Shown: in pieces, positions 40,262 to 50,177 of the stretch
How the letters are laid out: the number at the start of each line of letters is the position of its first letter
Position numbering within the stretch: the stretch's first letter is position 1
NCBI GenBank assembly: GCA_038890815.1
Contig: JAWAFC010000002.1
Location: 41,067 to 105,066 of the forward strand
DNA: 64,000 nt
Origin: Candidatus Micrarchaeia archaeon
Lineage (GTDB): Archaea; Micrarchaeota; Micrarchaeia; Burarchaeales; JACRGF01
Direction: 5' to 3'
Made by a program: the position numbers and the translations under genes
Notes under the pieces: generated by a model
The model's input: only the letters and a program-made list of their open reading frames with translations
Databases searched by the model: none
What the model was told of the DNA's origin: nothing

Positions 40262-41620
40262 TTAAAGGAGTCGTCTCACCCTCGTCGCCCACTCCTGCAT
40301 GAGCGCGTTGGCCCTCTCCGCGCTCTTTGCCTCTGCGAACACCCTTATGTAATTCTCTGTGCCGGATGCGCGCGCGATCACCCAGCCATCCCTGACATCA
40401 AGTCGAGCACCATCGATTGTGGTGAGCCTGCCCCTCCCAGCCATCTCCTCGGCAATGCGCGCGACGGCCTCGGCCTTCTTTTGTGGGGGGACCTCAATTT
40501 TCGTCTTGGCATTGTAGTAGCGCGGCAATTCAGCGAGCAGCTCCGACAGCCTTTTCCCCTCCACAGCCATGCGCTCCACGATCTTTGCCGCACTATAGAA
40601 ACCATCTTTCCCCCAACTGTGTTCGGGCCATACGACTCCCCCCACCTCCTCACCGCCGATTACTGCACCGATCTCGCGCATCCTCTCACTTATGTATGGC
40701 GCGCCCACCTTGCAGTAGACAGTTTCCTGACCAAATTTTTTTGCGATGTCCTCAACCGCCCTGGTTGTCGACACTGTCGAGACCACGGGCCCCCTATGGC
40801 TTTCCAGTTTTATGCGCGCACAAAGCGCAAAAACCCTATCACCTATGACATAGTTGCCGCGCTCATCGACCATGACAACTCTATCGCAATCGCCATCCCA
40901 AGCCATGCCGGCATCGGCACCCGCCTCCCTGACAGACTCGATCAGATCCTTTATGTTGGCTTCGGTTGGCTCGCTGGCCCTGCCCGGAAAAAATCCATCC
41001 GGCTGACTGTTCAATGCCTCAACCCGGCATCCTAGCCTTCTGAAGAGGGTGGGCCCGATGCCGCATGCCGTGCCATTGCCACAATCCAATATCAGGCTTA
41101 GTCTGGCCCTCGCAATCGCCTTGCGGTCAACGGCCGCGGCCACCGCACGAATGTATTCGCCCTGCGCGCTCCCATCCGCTCTCTCGCCTCCAACCTCCCC
41201 CCACGTGACGTGTTTTCTCCTGCCCTCAAAAATTCTCTCTATCTCCTCCCCCCGCTCTCTCGAGACTGCCATGCCCTGCCCATCAACAAACTTGAGCGCG
41301 TTCCACTCGGGCGGATTGTGCGAGGCCGTGATGATGACCGCGCCGGCCGTGCCCCCCTGTCTCACCCTCCACTCCACGAGTGGCGATGGCGCAATGCCAA
41401 GCCTCACAACATCGTTGCCCGCGCTCAGCAGGCCTGCCAGCACGGCATGCTCGAGCACCTCGCCCGTCACCCTCGTATCCCTGGCCACAAGTATTGTGCC
41501 CTTGCCGGCCCACTCGGCAAATGCATTGCAAAGGCCGGCCACAAAATCGGGCGTCAGCTCATCGTAGAGCCGCCTCACGCCATTGGTGCCGAAATATTTT
41601 GCCACGAAGCCTAAACACAA
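40262..41620 (-). CDS. Phosphoglucomutase/phosphomannomutase (alpha-D-phosphohexomutase family)
   Basis: 452 aa with the TASHNP active-site serine loop (ITASHNPPEWNALKF), a GDGDCDR metal loop (WDGDCDRV), and a sugar-binding GEE...S block. Confidence 0.8.
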   Translation of the reverse strand: MCLGFVAKYFGTNGVRRLYDELTPDFVAGLCNAFAEWAGKGTILVARDTRVTGEVLEHAVLAGLLSAGNDVVRLGIAPSPLVEWRVRQGGTAGAVIITASHNPPEWNALKFVDGQGMAVSRERGEEIERIFEGRRKHVTWGEVGGERADGSAQGEYIRAVAAAVDRKAIARARLSLILDCGNGTACGIGPTLFRRLGCRVEALNSQPDGFFPGRASEPTEANIKDLIESVREAGADAGMAWDGDCDRVVMVDERGNYVIGDRVFALCARIKLESHRGPVVSTVSTTRAVEDIAKKFGQETVYCKVGAPYISERMREIGAVIGGEEVGGVVWPEHSWGKDGFYSAAKIVERMAVEGKRLSELLAELPRYYNAKTKIEVPPQKKAEAVARIAEEMAGRGRLTTIDGARLDVRDGWVIARASGTENYIRVFAEAKSAERANALMQEWATRVRRLL

Positions 41621-41631
41621 ACAACCTTTTT

Positions 41632-42003
41632 ATGTCTGAGCGAGACAATCTCCCTATGGCCGAGCTGCTCAGGAGAATAAGAAATTTCCTTGCCGAGCAA
41701 TGGTGGAGGTTTCTCATCGGCATTTCCTTCCTCACCCTCATCAACTTCATCCTGCTCGTGCTGACCGCCAGCGATAAGCTCAAGGCGCTTACGGGCGTGC
41801 GCTTCACTGCCGAGGTGGTGCTGCTTCTCGTTCCGCTCGCCATCATTGCGGTGTGGCTGTGGGGGCTCATTCTCGAGAAGTACATCAAATTCCCACAGCA
41901 GCAGGAGAGGGAGGCCTGGAAGAGAAGCCCCATCTGGCAGGAGACCCATCGCAAGCTCGATGAGATACTGGCCAGGCTTGCCAGGCTGGAGAGAAAGCGA
42001 TGA
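41632..42003 (+). CDS. Small (123 aa) two-helix membrane protein, hypothetical, leading the nucleotide-sugar operon
   Basis: ATG at 41632 with an A/T box (gaaatatttt) ~35 nt upstream. Its stop overlaps (ATGA) the start of the UDP-xylose synthase gene. Confidence 0.4.
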   Translation: MSERDNLPMAELLRRIRNFLAEQWWRFLIGISFLTLINFILLVLTASDKLKALTGVRFTAEVVLLLVPLAIIAVWLWGLILEKYIKFPQQQEREAWKRSPIWQETHRKLDEILARLARLERKR

Positions 42004-42920
42004 GAGTCCTTGTGACAGGCGGAGCTGGCTTCATAGGCTCACACCTGTGCGAATTTCTCTCAAAGAGGCATGAGGTGTGGTGCCTTGACAACCTGCTCAC
42101 GGGCAGCAGGGACAACATCGCGGGCCTCGATGTGAATTTTGTTCGGCATGACATCACACGAGCGCCCCCTCGCGGCATCCCGGCTCCCCAACTCATCTTC
42201 CATCTCGCCTCGCCCGCCAGCCCGCGGGACTATCAGGCGCGGCCAATCGAAACGCTCCTCGCAAATGCTCTCGGCACAAAACACATCCTCGACTACGCTC
42301 TCGCTTGCGACGCCCGTGTGTTGCACGCCAGCACGAGCGAGGTGTATGGAGACCCACTACAGCACCCACAGACAGAGAGCTATTGGGGTAACGTAAATCC
42401 CATTGGCCCGCGCTCCTGCTATGATGAGGGCAAACGCTTTGCCGAAGCGCTGTGCATGGCCTATCACAGGCAAAGGGGTGCAGACGTCGTCATCGCACGC
42501 ATCTTCAACACATACGGTCCGCGCATGAGACCGGACGATGGCAGGGTAGTGCCCAATCTCATTGTTCAGGCGCTTGCCGGCCAGCCCCTCACAATTTATG
42601 GAAGTGGCAGGCAGACGCGCTCCTTCTGCTACATTCAGGATATGGTGGAAGGACTTGTCAGGCTCGCCTTCAGCAATCTTTCGGGCGATGTGTTCAACAT
42701 CGGAAACCCAAAAGAGCATTCCATACTTGAGCTGGCAAAAATAATCCTCGCAGAGACAGGCTCAAAATCTAAAATAGTCTTCAGGCCACTGCCAATAGAC
42801 GACCCACGCAGGAGGAGGCCCGACATCACAAAGATAGCGCGTGCGATAGGGTGGAGGCCGGTCACGCCGCTGAGGGCGGGGCTGCGCGCCACCATAGCAT
42901 GGTTCAAGGAGAGGATGTGA
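42000..42920 (+). CDS. uxs: UDP-glucuronate decarboxylase (UDP-xylose synthase)
   Basis: MRVLVTGGAGFIGSHL Rossmann start plus the highly diagnostic TSEVYGDPLQHPQTESYWGNVNPIGPRSCYDEGKRFAE block. Confidence 0.8.
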   Translation: MRVLVTGGAGFIGSHLCEFLSKRHEVWCLDNLLTGSRDNIAGLDVNFVRHDITRAPPRGIPAPQLIFHLASPASPRDYQARPIETLLANALGTKHILDYALACDARVLHASTSEVYGDPLQHPQTESYWGNVNPIGPRSCYDEGKRFAEALCMAYHRQRGADVVIARIFNTYGPRMRPDDGRVVPNLIVQALAGQPLTIYGSGRQTRSFCYIQDMVEGLVRLAFSNLSGDVFNIGNPKEHSILELAKIILAETGSKSKIVFRPLPIDDPRRRRPDITKIARAIGWRPVTPLRAGLRATIAWFKERM

Positions 42921-43849
42921 TGGCGAGAATACTCATCACTGGCGGGGCTGGCTTTATTGGCAGCAATCTCGCGCACGTGCTGTGTAAAAAGAACGATGTC
43001 GTTGTGCTTGATGATTTCTCCACCGGGAGGAGGGAAAACCTTGAGGGCGCTGACATCGAGCTCGTTGTGGGAAGCGTGTGCGATCTAAATGCCGTCAGGC
43101 GCGCCTGCCAGGGCGTAGATTTCGTGCTACACCAGGCTGCCCTTCCCAGCGTGCCACGTTCGGTGACGGACCCGCTCGCGACCAATGCAGCAAACGTCAC
43201 AGGCACCCTGAATGTGCTCATCGCAGCGCGCGATGCCGGCGTTAAGCGCATAGTGTATGCCTCCTCCTCAGCCGTTTATGGTGAGCAGAAGGCGAGAAGG
43301 AAAAGCGAGCGCCTTTCCCCTAATCCGATCTCCCCGTATGCCGCCAGCAAGCTTGCTGGCGAGCTTTATTGCAGAGTTTTTTTCCAGACCTACGGCCTCG
43401 AGACCGTGTGTCTGCGCTATTTCAATGTTTTTGGCCCGCGCCAGAATCCAACCGGCGAATATGCCGCGGTTGTTCCGAGGTTTATCAGCGCGCTACTGCG
43501 CGGCGTTCCCCCAGTGATTTACGGCGATGGCAGACAGTCGCGCGACTTCACATATGTGGACAATGTTGTGCAGGCCAACATCTTGGCTATGAAGGCAAAG
43601 GGCGCTGCAGGGAAAGTTTTTAACATCGCGTGTGGAAAAGCCTACAGCGTGCTCACCCTGCTTCACACGCTCGAAAAAATCATTGGGAAAAAATCCACTC
43701 CAAAATTCCTCCCTCCGAGACAGGGCGATATCCGCCACTCGCTGGCCGACATCGAGTTGGCGCGGCGCGTGCTCGGTTATAGACCGACAGTTGGCTTTGA
43801 GGAGGGCTTGAGAAAAACTGTTGCATGGTTTGAGGCGAGGGATGTCTGA
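42920..43849 (+). CDS. NAD-dependent nucleotide-sugar 4-epimerase (WbpP/Gne-like, SDR family)
   Basis: Start at MARILITGGAGFIGSNL, with SSSAVYG and the YAASKLAGE catalytic YxxxK. The track ORF start 42851 would overlap the previous gene. Confidence 0.7.
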   Translation: MARILITGGAGFIGSNLAHVLCKKNDVVVLDDFSTGRRENLEGADIELVVGSVCDLNAVRRACQGVDFVLHQAALPSVPRSVTDPLATNAANVTGTLNVLIAARDAGVKRIVYASSSAVYGEQKARRKSERLSPNPISPYAASKLAGELYCRVFFQTYGLETVCLRYFNVFGPRQNPTGEYAAVVPRFISALLRGVPPVIYGDGRQSRDFTYVDNVVQANILAMKAKGAAGKVFNIACGKAYSVLTLLHTLEKIIGKKSTPKFLPPRQGDIRHSLADIELARRVLGYRPTVGFEEGLRKTVAWFEARDV

Positions 43850-45184
43850 ATGAACTATGCAAGCCTCAGGAAAAAAATCAGCGAGAAGAGCGCGCTCGTG
43901 TGCGTGGTTGGCCAGGGCTACGTTGGTATTCACCTTTCGGTCGCTTTTGCGCGCGCCGGCTTCCGCACAACAGGCTTTGACATAAGCGAAAAGCGCATTG
44001 CCGAGCTGTCACGCTGTTATGACAGCGCCGGGGAAGTCGGCGAGGACACGCTCCGCGAGCTGCAGGCGAGCGGAAAGCTCGCCTTTACCACGAATCCAGC
44101 TTCCATCAGCGAGGCTGATTTTATCTTGCTCGCCCTCCCCAGCCTCCTCACAAAGAAAAAGGAGCCGGACCTATCAGCTATTCGCGCTGCAAGCGAAACT
44201 GTCGGAAAGCATATGAAGCGCGGCGCGGTTGTCGTGCTCGAGTCAAGCGTCTACCCTGGTGTGACTGAGGAAGAGGTTCTTCCGCGCCTGGAGGAGCTCT
44301 CTGGCATGAGAGCTGGCATCGATTTCTCTGTAGGCTATTCGCCGGAGCGTGTGAATCCGGGCGACCCAGAACATTCGTTAGAGAAAATTGTGAAGGTGGT
44401 TGCCGGCCTGGATGACGAGACGACCGATCTCCTTGCTTTTCTCTATGGCCACATAACAAAGGCTGGCACATTCAAGGCCAAAAACATCAAGACTGCCGAG
44501 GCTGCCAAAATCATCGAGAACATTCAGCGCGACCTCAACATTGCGCTCATGAATGAGTTCGCCATCATCTTTGAGCGCATGGGCCTTAGCATATGGGATG
44601 TGTTAGAGGTTGCGAAGACGAAATGGAACTTCATACCATTTAAGCCAGGCCTTGTGGGCGGTTATTGCGTACCCGTCAATCCCTATTACCTCGTATACAA
44701 GGCGCGAAGGCTCGGCTATCGCCCAAGAGTCATGCTTGCCGGCCGAAGCACGAACGACTCCATGCCAAAACACATTGTCAGTTTGACAGAGAAGGCGCTT
44801 GCGAGGGTGGGGAAAAAAACAAAGGGCTCGCGCGTGCTGGTGCTTGGCCTGAGCTTTAAGGAGAACGTACGTGATCCGAGGTTTTCCCCTGTCAAGGAGG
44901 TTATTAAGGGTCTGAAGAGAAAAGGCTGTGCTGTGCTCGCGCATGACCCCCTCCTCTTTAAGTTTGATGTGGAGAAGGAATTTGGAGTAAAAAATCTTGA
45001 TAATTTTGGGATGGCTAGTGGTGTGGATGCAATAATTCTTGCTACAGGTCACAACGAATTTAGGAAAATACCTCTGAGCGAGCTGAGGCGAATCTGCAAC
45101 GAAAAGCCTGTGTTGGTTGACACGAGGAATTTCTTCAGCGAAAAGGAAGGGGAATCGGCCGGATTCATAGTAGTGCGACTATAG
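43850..45184 (+). CDS. UDP-N-acetylhexosamine 6-dehydrogenase (WbpO/TviB/WecC-like nucleotide-sugar dehydrogenase)
   Basis: 444 aa. It has the N-terminal Rossmann VCVVGQGYVGIHLSVAFA, a catalytic-Cys region, and the C-terminal VLVLGLSFKENVRDPRFSP block typical of the UDP-Glc/GDP-Man dehydrogenase family. Confidence 0.7.
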   Translation: MNYASLRKKISEKSALVCVVGQGYVGIHLSVAFARAGFRTTGFDISEKRIAELSRCYDSAGEVGEDTLRELQASGKLAFTTNPASISEADFILLALPSLLTKKKEPDLSAIRAASETVGKHMKRGAVVVLESSVYPGVTEEEVLPRLEELSGMRAGIDFSVGYSPERVNPGDPEHSLEKIVKVVAGLDDETTDLLAFLYGHITKAGTFKAKNIKTAEAAKIIENIQRDLNIALMNEFAIIFERMGLSIWDVLEVAKTKWNFIPFKPGLVGGYCVPVNPYYLVYKARRLGYRPRVMLAGRSTNDSMPKHIVSLTEKALARVGKKTKGSRVLVLGLSFKENVRDPRFSPVKEVIKGLKRKGCAVLAHDPLLFKFDVEKEFGVKNLDNFGMASGVDAIILATGHNEFRKIPLSELRRICNEKPVLVDTRNFFSEKEGESAGFIVVRL

Positions 45185-45203
45185 GTCAAGCGCAATCCAT
45201 TGA

Positions 45204-47072
45204 CTAAAATTCAATTTTAAAGGCATCGCTCCATAGCTCAAGCTCAAGCAGCGCCCACAGCTTGTAGGAATACGCGGCCCTACCTTTCCTGTGCTCATTG
45301 AGCATCCTGAACACTTCGTCCTTGCTGAACAGTTTTGCGCATACTCTACCTTCTGCTATTTTTTGCTCAAGGAACTCGCCAACCTCTTTCTTGAACCATG
45401 GACCGAGCGGAATTCCGAACCCACGTTTTTTCCTTTCCAGAATCTCCAGCGGAAGCCACGGCTTAAGGGCGCGCTTGAACACATGTTTAGTCTCGAGCCC
45501 ACGGAGCTTAAGGTCGCTAGGAATTGTCGCGGCAAACTCAACAAACTCGTGATCGAGCAATGGTGCTCTCGCCTCAAGACTGTGCGCCATGCTCGTTCTG
45601 TCTACTTTTGCAAGAATATCATCGGGCAAATAGGTATTGAAATCTGCGTACATCATCTTGTCCAGTTGTGTCTTTGCATTGCGCTTTGCAAAACAGGCCG
45701 TAATCGATTTCTGGGACGCCGCCTTTTTTAAGCTTGCGAGCCTGCCCTCTTTATACAGCCTTTCTCTTTCCTCGTTGCGATAGAACGACACAAGCTCGGC
45801 ATATCTCTCCGGAAGTGGGAGTCGTGCGAGGGCTTCGAACTTCTCTGCGCGCTGCGCGAGCAGGTGCATCCCAACAAAAGAGAGTGCTTTTTTTGCGGCC
45901 GCCACGCCGATAGCTCTGAGTGGTTGTGGGATTTTTGCATATCCTCTAAGCAACATATCAATAACATACCTATCATAGCCAGCGAAATTCTCATCGCCAC
46001 CATCCCCAGACAACACAACCGTCACATAGCGTCTCGCAAACTCTGAGACCATATAAGTCGGAACTGCACTTGCATCTGCGAAAGGCTCGTCTAAGTACCA
46101 TGCAATTTTTGGAAGATTTTTTATCACGTCTTTTGGATAGAGAATCTTCTCATAATGCTTTGTCCCTAGATGCTCGCTTACCTCTCTTGCGAAAGAGAGT
46201 TCGCTGTAGTCACTTTCCTCGAATCCGATGGTGAAGGTCTTGACATCCTCCGTAGCAACTTTCGTCATCGCAGCGACAACCGCGCTGGAATCTATCCCTC
46301 CCGAAAGAAAGGCGCCGAGCGGAACATCGCTTATAAGGCGCATGCTCACGCTCTCTTTGAGCCTCGAAATAATTTCATTCTCCCAAGCCTCCATACTCAT
46401 CTTCAGGGGTCTGTACCATATATCCCAATATCTATGCAACTCCATCCCTTTTTTTGTCACCAATGCATAATGTGCTGCCTGAAGTTTCTTGGCACCTAAA
46501 AAAATCGTTCTCGGCGCTGGAATATACTGCAGTGCTAAGAACTCGTCGAGCGCGCGCCAATCAATAACCTTACTGATCACGCCACTTTCACTCAGCGCCT
46601 TAAGCTCGGATGCAAAATAAAAAACTCCATCGCGCCACGAATAATAAAGTGGCTTTTTCCCTAATCTATCTCTAGCCAAAAAGAGCATCTTTCTCTTTGC
46701 GTCCCACAGTGCGAATGCAAACATCCCACGCAGACGGGACAGGCAGGCTGTCCCCCACTCCTCATATGCATGAACAATTGTCTCTGTATCGCTCTTTGTT
46801 GTAAAGCGATGTCCACGTAGTTCAAGCTCTTTACGGAGTTGTTGGTAATTGTATATCTCCCCATTGAAAACGATATGGACATCCCCATCCTCATTGCTCT
46901 GTGGTTGATGGCCAGTCTTAAGATCTATAACACTTAGCCTACGCATGCCAAGCGCAACGTTTCGCTCAGCAAATATACCCCAGTCGTCTGGCCCACGGTG
47001 ACGTAAGAGCGCTAGCATACGCTTCAGAATGTTTGCGTCGCCAGGACCCAGAAAACCCGCGATGCCACACAC
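45204..47072 (-). CDS. asnB: Asparagine synthetase-like glutamine amidotransferase (AsnB/WbpS-type), paralogue 1
   Basis: 622 aa. The N-terminal MCGIAGFLG has Cys2 as the Ntn nucleophile. The central ...SGGIDSS... PP-loop ATP-pyrophosphatase motif is LSGGIDSSAVVA. Confidence 0.8.
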   Translation of the reverse strand: MCGIAGFLGPGDANILKRMLALLRHRGPDDWGIFAERNVALGMRRLSVIDLKTGHQPQSNEDGDVHIVFNGEIYNYQQLRKELELRGHRFTTKSDTETIVHAYEEWGTACLSRLRGMFAFALWDAKRKMLFLARDRLGKKPLYYSWRDGVFYFASELKALSESGVISKVIDWRALDEFLALQYIPAPRTIFLGAKKLQAAHYALVTKKGMELHRYWDIWYRPLKMSMEAWENEIISRLKESVSMRLISDVPLGAFLSGGIDSSAVVAAMTKVATEDVKTFTIGFEESDYSELSFAREVSEHLGTKHYEKILYPKDVIKNLPKIAWYLDEPFADASAVPTYMVSEFARRYVTVVLSGDGGDENFAGYDRYVIDMLLRGYAKIPQPLRAIGVAAAKKALSFVGMHLLAQRAEKFEALARLPLPERYAELVSFYRNEERERLYKEGRLASLKKAASQKSITACFAKRNAKTQLDKMMYADFNTYLPDDILAKVDRTSMAHSLEARAPLLDHEFVEFAATIPSDLKLRGLETKHVFKRALKPWLPLEILERKKRGFGIPLGPWFKKEVGEFLEQKIAEGRVCAKLFSKDEVFRMLNEHRKGRAAYSYKLWALLELELWSDAFKIEF

Positions 47073-47081
47073 ACAAAACCC

Positions 47082-48032
47082 TCAACCATTCTCCCTAAAC
47101 CATCTCACAAACTTCTTGATACCTTCATCAATTGACGTACGCGGCTCATATCCAAGCATCCGTCGCGCTTTCGAGATGTCCGCATACGTTATTGGAACAT
47201 CACCGGGCTGAGGAGGAAGATGCGTGATCTTTGCTTTTTTCCCAACATTTTTTTCTATGAGCGTAATAAGCTCGTTGAGCGAAACAGTTCGTGAGCCACC
47301 TAAGTTAAATATCTCGAAACTGAATGGCTTTTCGAGTGCAGCGAGTATTCCCTGTACGATGTCATCTATGTAGGTATAGTCTCTTTTCATGCTACCGTCC
47401 CCAAAAACTGGAATCTCTTTTCCTTCGCTGATGAGGCGAACGAACTTGTGGATAGCCAAATCTGGCCTCTGGCGCGGGCCATAAACTGTGAAAAGGCGTA
47501 GCACTGTCACAGGTATGCCATACAGATGGCTGTAGGTGAAACAGAACAGTTCTGCCGCGCGCTTGCTTGCAGCATACGGTGAGATGGGCTGGGCTATGGG
47601 ATCTTCCTCACTGAACGGCACTTTGTTGTTTATGCCGTACACGCTGCTGGAGGAGCCGAAAATGAATGTTTTGAGTTTCGCGTTTTTGCATGCCTCAAGC
47701 AAGCTGATGGTTCCATTCACGTTTACATCCGCATATTCGAGTGGCCTTTCTAGCGAAGGGCGCACACCTGCCTTCGCTGCGAGGTGGATGACTGCTTCCG
47801 GTTTTGCCTGCGCGACAAGACTCTTCATTCTTTTTGTATCGCGAATGTCAGCCCGGACTAGTTTGAAAAGTCTGTTTTTCTTAAGCGCAGCGATGTTTCT
47901 TTCTTTTATTCTGCGGTTATAGAGGAAGGAATCAAAGTTGTCTACTCCTATGACGTTGTTTCCTCTACTAACCAGCGCCTCACACACATGCGAGCCGATG
48001 AAGCCTGCTGCACCAGTAACTAAAATCCTCAT
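47082..48032 (-). CDS. NAD-dependent epimerase/dehydratase (UDP-glucuronate 4-epimerase-like SDR)
   Basis: MRILVTGAAGFIGSHV with the YAASKRAAE YxxxK catalytic motif. Confidence 0.7.
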   Translation of the reverse strand: MRILVTGAAGFIGSHVCEALVSRGNNVIGVDNFDSFLYNRRIKERNIAALKKNRLFKLVRADIRDTKRMKSLVAQAKPEAVIHLAAKAGVRPSLERPLEYADVNVNGTISLLEACKNAKLKTFIFGSSSSVYGINNKVPFSEEDPIAQPISPYAASKRAAELFCFTYSHLYGIPVTVLRLFTVYGPRQRPDLAIHKFVRLISEGKEIPVFGDGSMKRDYTYIDDIVQGILAALEKPFSFEIFNLGGSRTVSLNELITLIEKNVGKKAKITHLPPQPGDVPITYADISKARRMLGYEPRTSIDEGIKKFVRWFRENG

Positions 48033-48060
48033 GAGAAAATTTTGGCGATGAAATTAAAAA

Positions 48061-49014
48061 CTATCCTCTTCCGATGTCAGACCGTCTTCCAAAAACGAAC
48101 ATAAGTATCCCAATGCAGAAAAAGACCCCCTGCAGGAGTTTGAGCGCCAGCGCCGGAATATACTCCCAGTCTCTTCTTTTTAATGCCAGCAGGGCAAACC
48201 AAAGCGCGATGATGTCGAATGGAAGCGAGAGCAGCGCGAGCAATGGATGCGAAAATACTGTGAAAGCTACCAATGCGGCGAACGATACTAACAAGCCAGG
48301 CAGTCGGACGAACTCCAGCCTTCTTGTCTTTATCATGTAAATCGGTGCAGTCCTGCCATACCACAGCGCGCTCTTGACGAATTCACTAAATGATTCTGGC
48401 ACATTAGAGTACTGAATTGCCCTGCGCTCCAAGACCTCAATTAAACCCTTTTTCTTACAATATGCTTTCAGCCTTTCTCTGAGCTCCATGTCTTCGCCCA
48501 CCCCCAATTTTGCAAACCCACCGACATCGAAAAACACCGTTCGGCGTATCGCGCCGGCTGCAGACATCGTCCCATCAAAAGGTCCTGCAAACGATGGGTA
48601 ATGAAAATATTGCTGCTTAAGGTAAAGCCTCTCAAACCAAGTATGCACGACAAACTGGTAACGCGTCATGACACCAGCTACACGTGGATCTTTGAAATGT
48701 CTCAATACACGAAAGAAGTAAGCTCTGTTGTATCCATCAAAGTCGGCGTCACAAAAAGTAAGAAAAGGGGCATTTGTGGCCCTCGCACCCTGATTTCGTG
48801 CGCCCGCTGGGCCGGTCTTTTCTTTTTGGTGCAGTACTTTACAGCCAAACTTTCTTGCAACTGTAACTGTACCATCGGTGCTTCCACCATCAACTACGAT
48901 GATCTCCTTGTCCGGATACGGATTTTTTGTCAGATTGTACAATAGCTTCTCGAGTTTCTTTTCCTCATTAAGTGCTGGGATGATTATTGCAACTTTCCCA
49001 AAACTCTTTTTCAC
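48061..49014 (-). CDS. Family-2 glycosyltransferase with C-terminal TM helices (Dpm1/AglJ-like)
   Basis: The N-terminus VAIIIPALNEEKKLEKLL...IIVVDGGSTDGT...DADF has the GT2 DxD context. Two or three C-terminal hydrophobic helices follow. Confidence 0.65.
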   Translation of the reverse strand: MKKSFGKVAIIIPALNEEKKLEKLLYNLTKNPYPDKEIIVVDGGSTDGTVTVARKFGCKVLHQKEKTGPAGARNQGARATNAPFLTFCDADFDGYNRAYFFRVLRHFKDPRVAGVMTRYQFVVHTWFERLYLKQQYFHYPSFAGPFDGTMSAAGAIRRTVFFDVGGFAKLGVGEDMELRERLKAYCKKKGLIEVLERRAIQYSNVPESFSEFVKSALWYGRTAPIYMIKTRRLEFVRLPGLLVSFAALVAFTVFSHPLLALLSLPFDIIALWFALLALKRRDWEYIPALALKLLQGVFFCIGILMFVFGRRSDIGRG

Positions 49015-50177
49015 TCAATCAACTCTCTATACAGCTCATGATGCTTTTTTGCAGTCATGCGAATATCATGATGTTTTCTCGCATAAGCAAATGCTCTCGT
49101 TCCGATTTTTCTATTGAGTTTGGTATCTTCAAGCAGCATGCGGGTGGTCTCAATCAATTTATTGAAATCTCCTTTTGCATGAAAACCGATTTTCTCCTTG
49201 CACAAGACCTCATCCGGGTCAACATTTAGCGAAACAACGGGAGTTTTCCTCAGCCAAGCCTGAATAAACGTATTGGGAAAACCAGCGCTATCGCTTGTAT
49301 CGACAAGCACACTTGCTCTGGCAATAATGGCGTTAACTTTTTCTAAAGATTGAAATGGAAGTATTTCGACATTTTCCGTTTTCTTAGCGAGCTCGAGCGT
49401 TTTCGCGAAAATGTTGTAAGTCTTTCCCATTATATCTTTCTCCTGTATTGCTCCGACCATGACAAACTTATAATGTGGGAATTTTTGCGCGAGCTCGATA
49501 AACTGCATTGGAAATTTATAGTCAGCAGTCCTCCCTACCCACACTGCAAACGGAGGATCGGATTTTTTTGGGAGACTTTTCGGTACCGGGTGGCCAGAAG
49601 GAATGATACGAATATCCGCATTAGGCATGCATTGAGCCATTGCTTTGCGGAGGTATTCTGCAGTAGCAATAATTACATTGGCGTTTTTGAGCCCATAAAG
49701 ATAAAGTCTTTTTTTAATTGTATTTCTGAAAAACCCCCTCCACATATTTCCAGACAGCGTACAGTCATCGATGTGCGCGATGGAGAAGACAAAAGGTCTG
49801 GCATTCTTCTTTGCATGATGCGCGAAATAACCCGTTGCGATGTTGCTCCCCCTCTGGTGATAAATGTCCGCTTTAAAGGAGTTGAGCACGCGCGTGAAGA
49901 AAGGGTGAGAATAAGTAAGAAAGGAATTGAGCGCGAAGAAGGGAGCCGCTTCCACCAAATCCCATAGCGAGCGCTTGAAAGTCCTCACCTTGTGGAGTAT
50001 CTGTCCCTTCCTAACAATTGTTTCTGGCTGCCCCTCGTCATCAACCAAATAGTGTGTTTGCCAACCAAGCCTTTGTAACTCCTTCCCGATCAAGTAAAGC
50101 TGTATCTCAGCGCCCCCCACTCTTCTGCTCACGAGCGGATGACCCATTGTATAGTAGCAAACGCTTTTCCCGCTCAT
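49011..50177 (-). CDS. Family-4 (GT-B) glycosyltransferase
   Basis: 388 aa with a GT-B fold pattern and a C-terminal E-x7-E-like region. The ATGA overlap with the downstream GT2 gene indicates an operon. Confidence 0.6.
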   Translation of the reverse strand: MSGKSVCYYTMGHPLVSRRVGGAEIQLYLIGKELQRLGWQTHYLVDDEGQPETIVRKGQILHKVRTFKRSLWDLVEAAPFFALNSFLTYSHPFFTRVLNSFKADIYHQRGSNIATGYFAHHAKKNARPFVFSIAHIDDCTLSGNMWRGFFRNTIKKRLYLYGLKNANVIIATAEYLRKAMAQCMPNADIRIIPSGHPVPKSLPKKSDPPFAVWVGRTADYKFPMQFIELAQKFPHYKFVMVGAIQEKDIMGKTYNIFAKTLELAKKTENVEILPFQSLEKVNAIIARASVLVDTSDSAGFPNTFIQAWLRKTPVVSLNVDPDEVLCKEKIGFHAKGDFNKLIETTRMLLEDTKLNRKIGTRAFAYARKHHDIRMTAKKHHELYRELIE

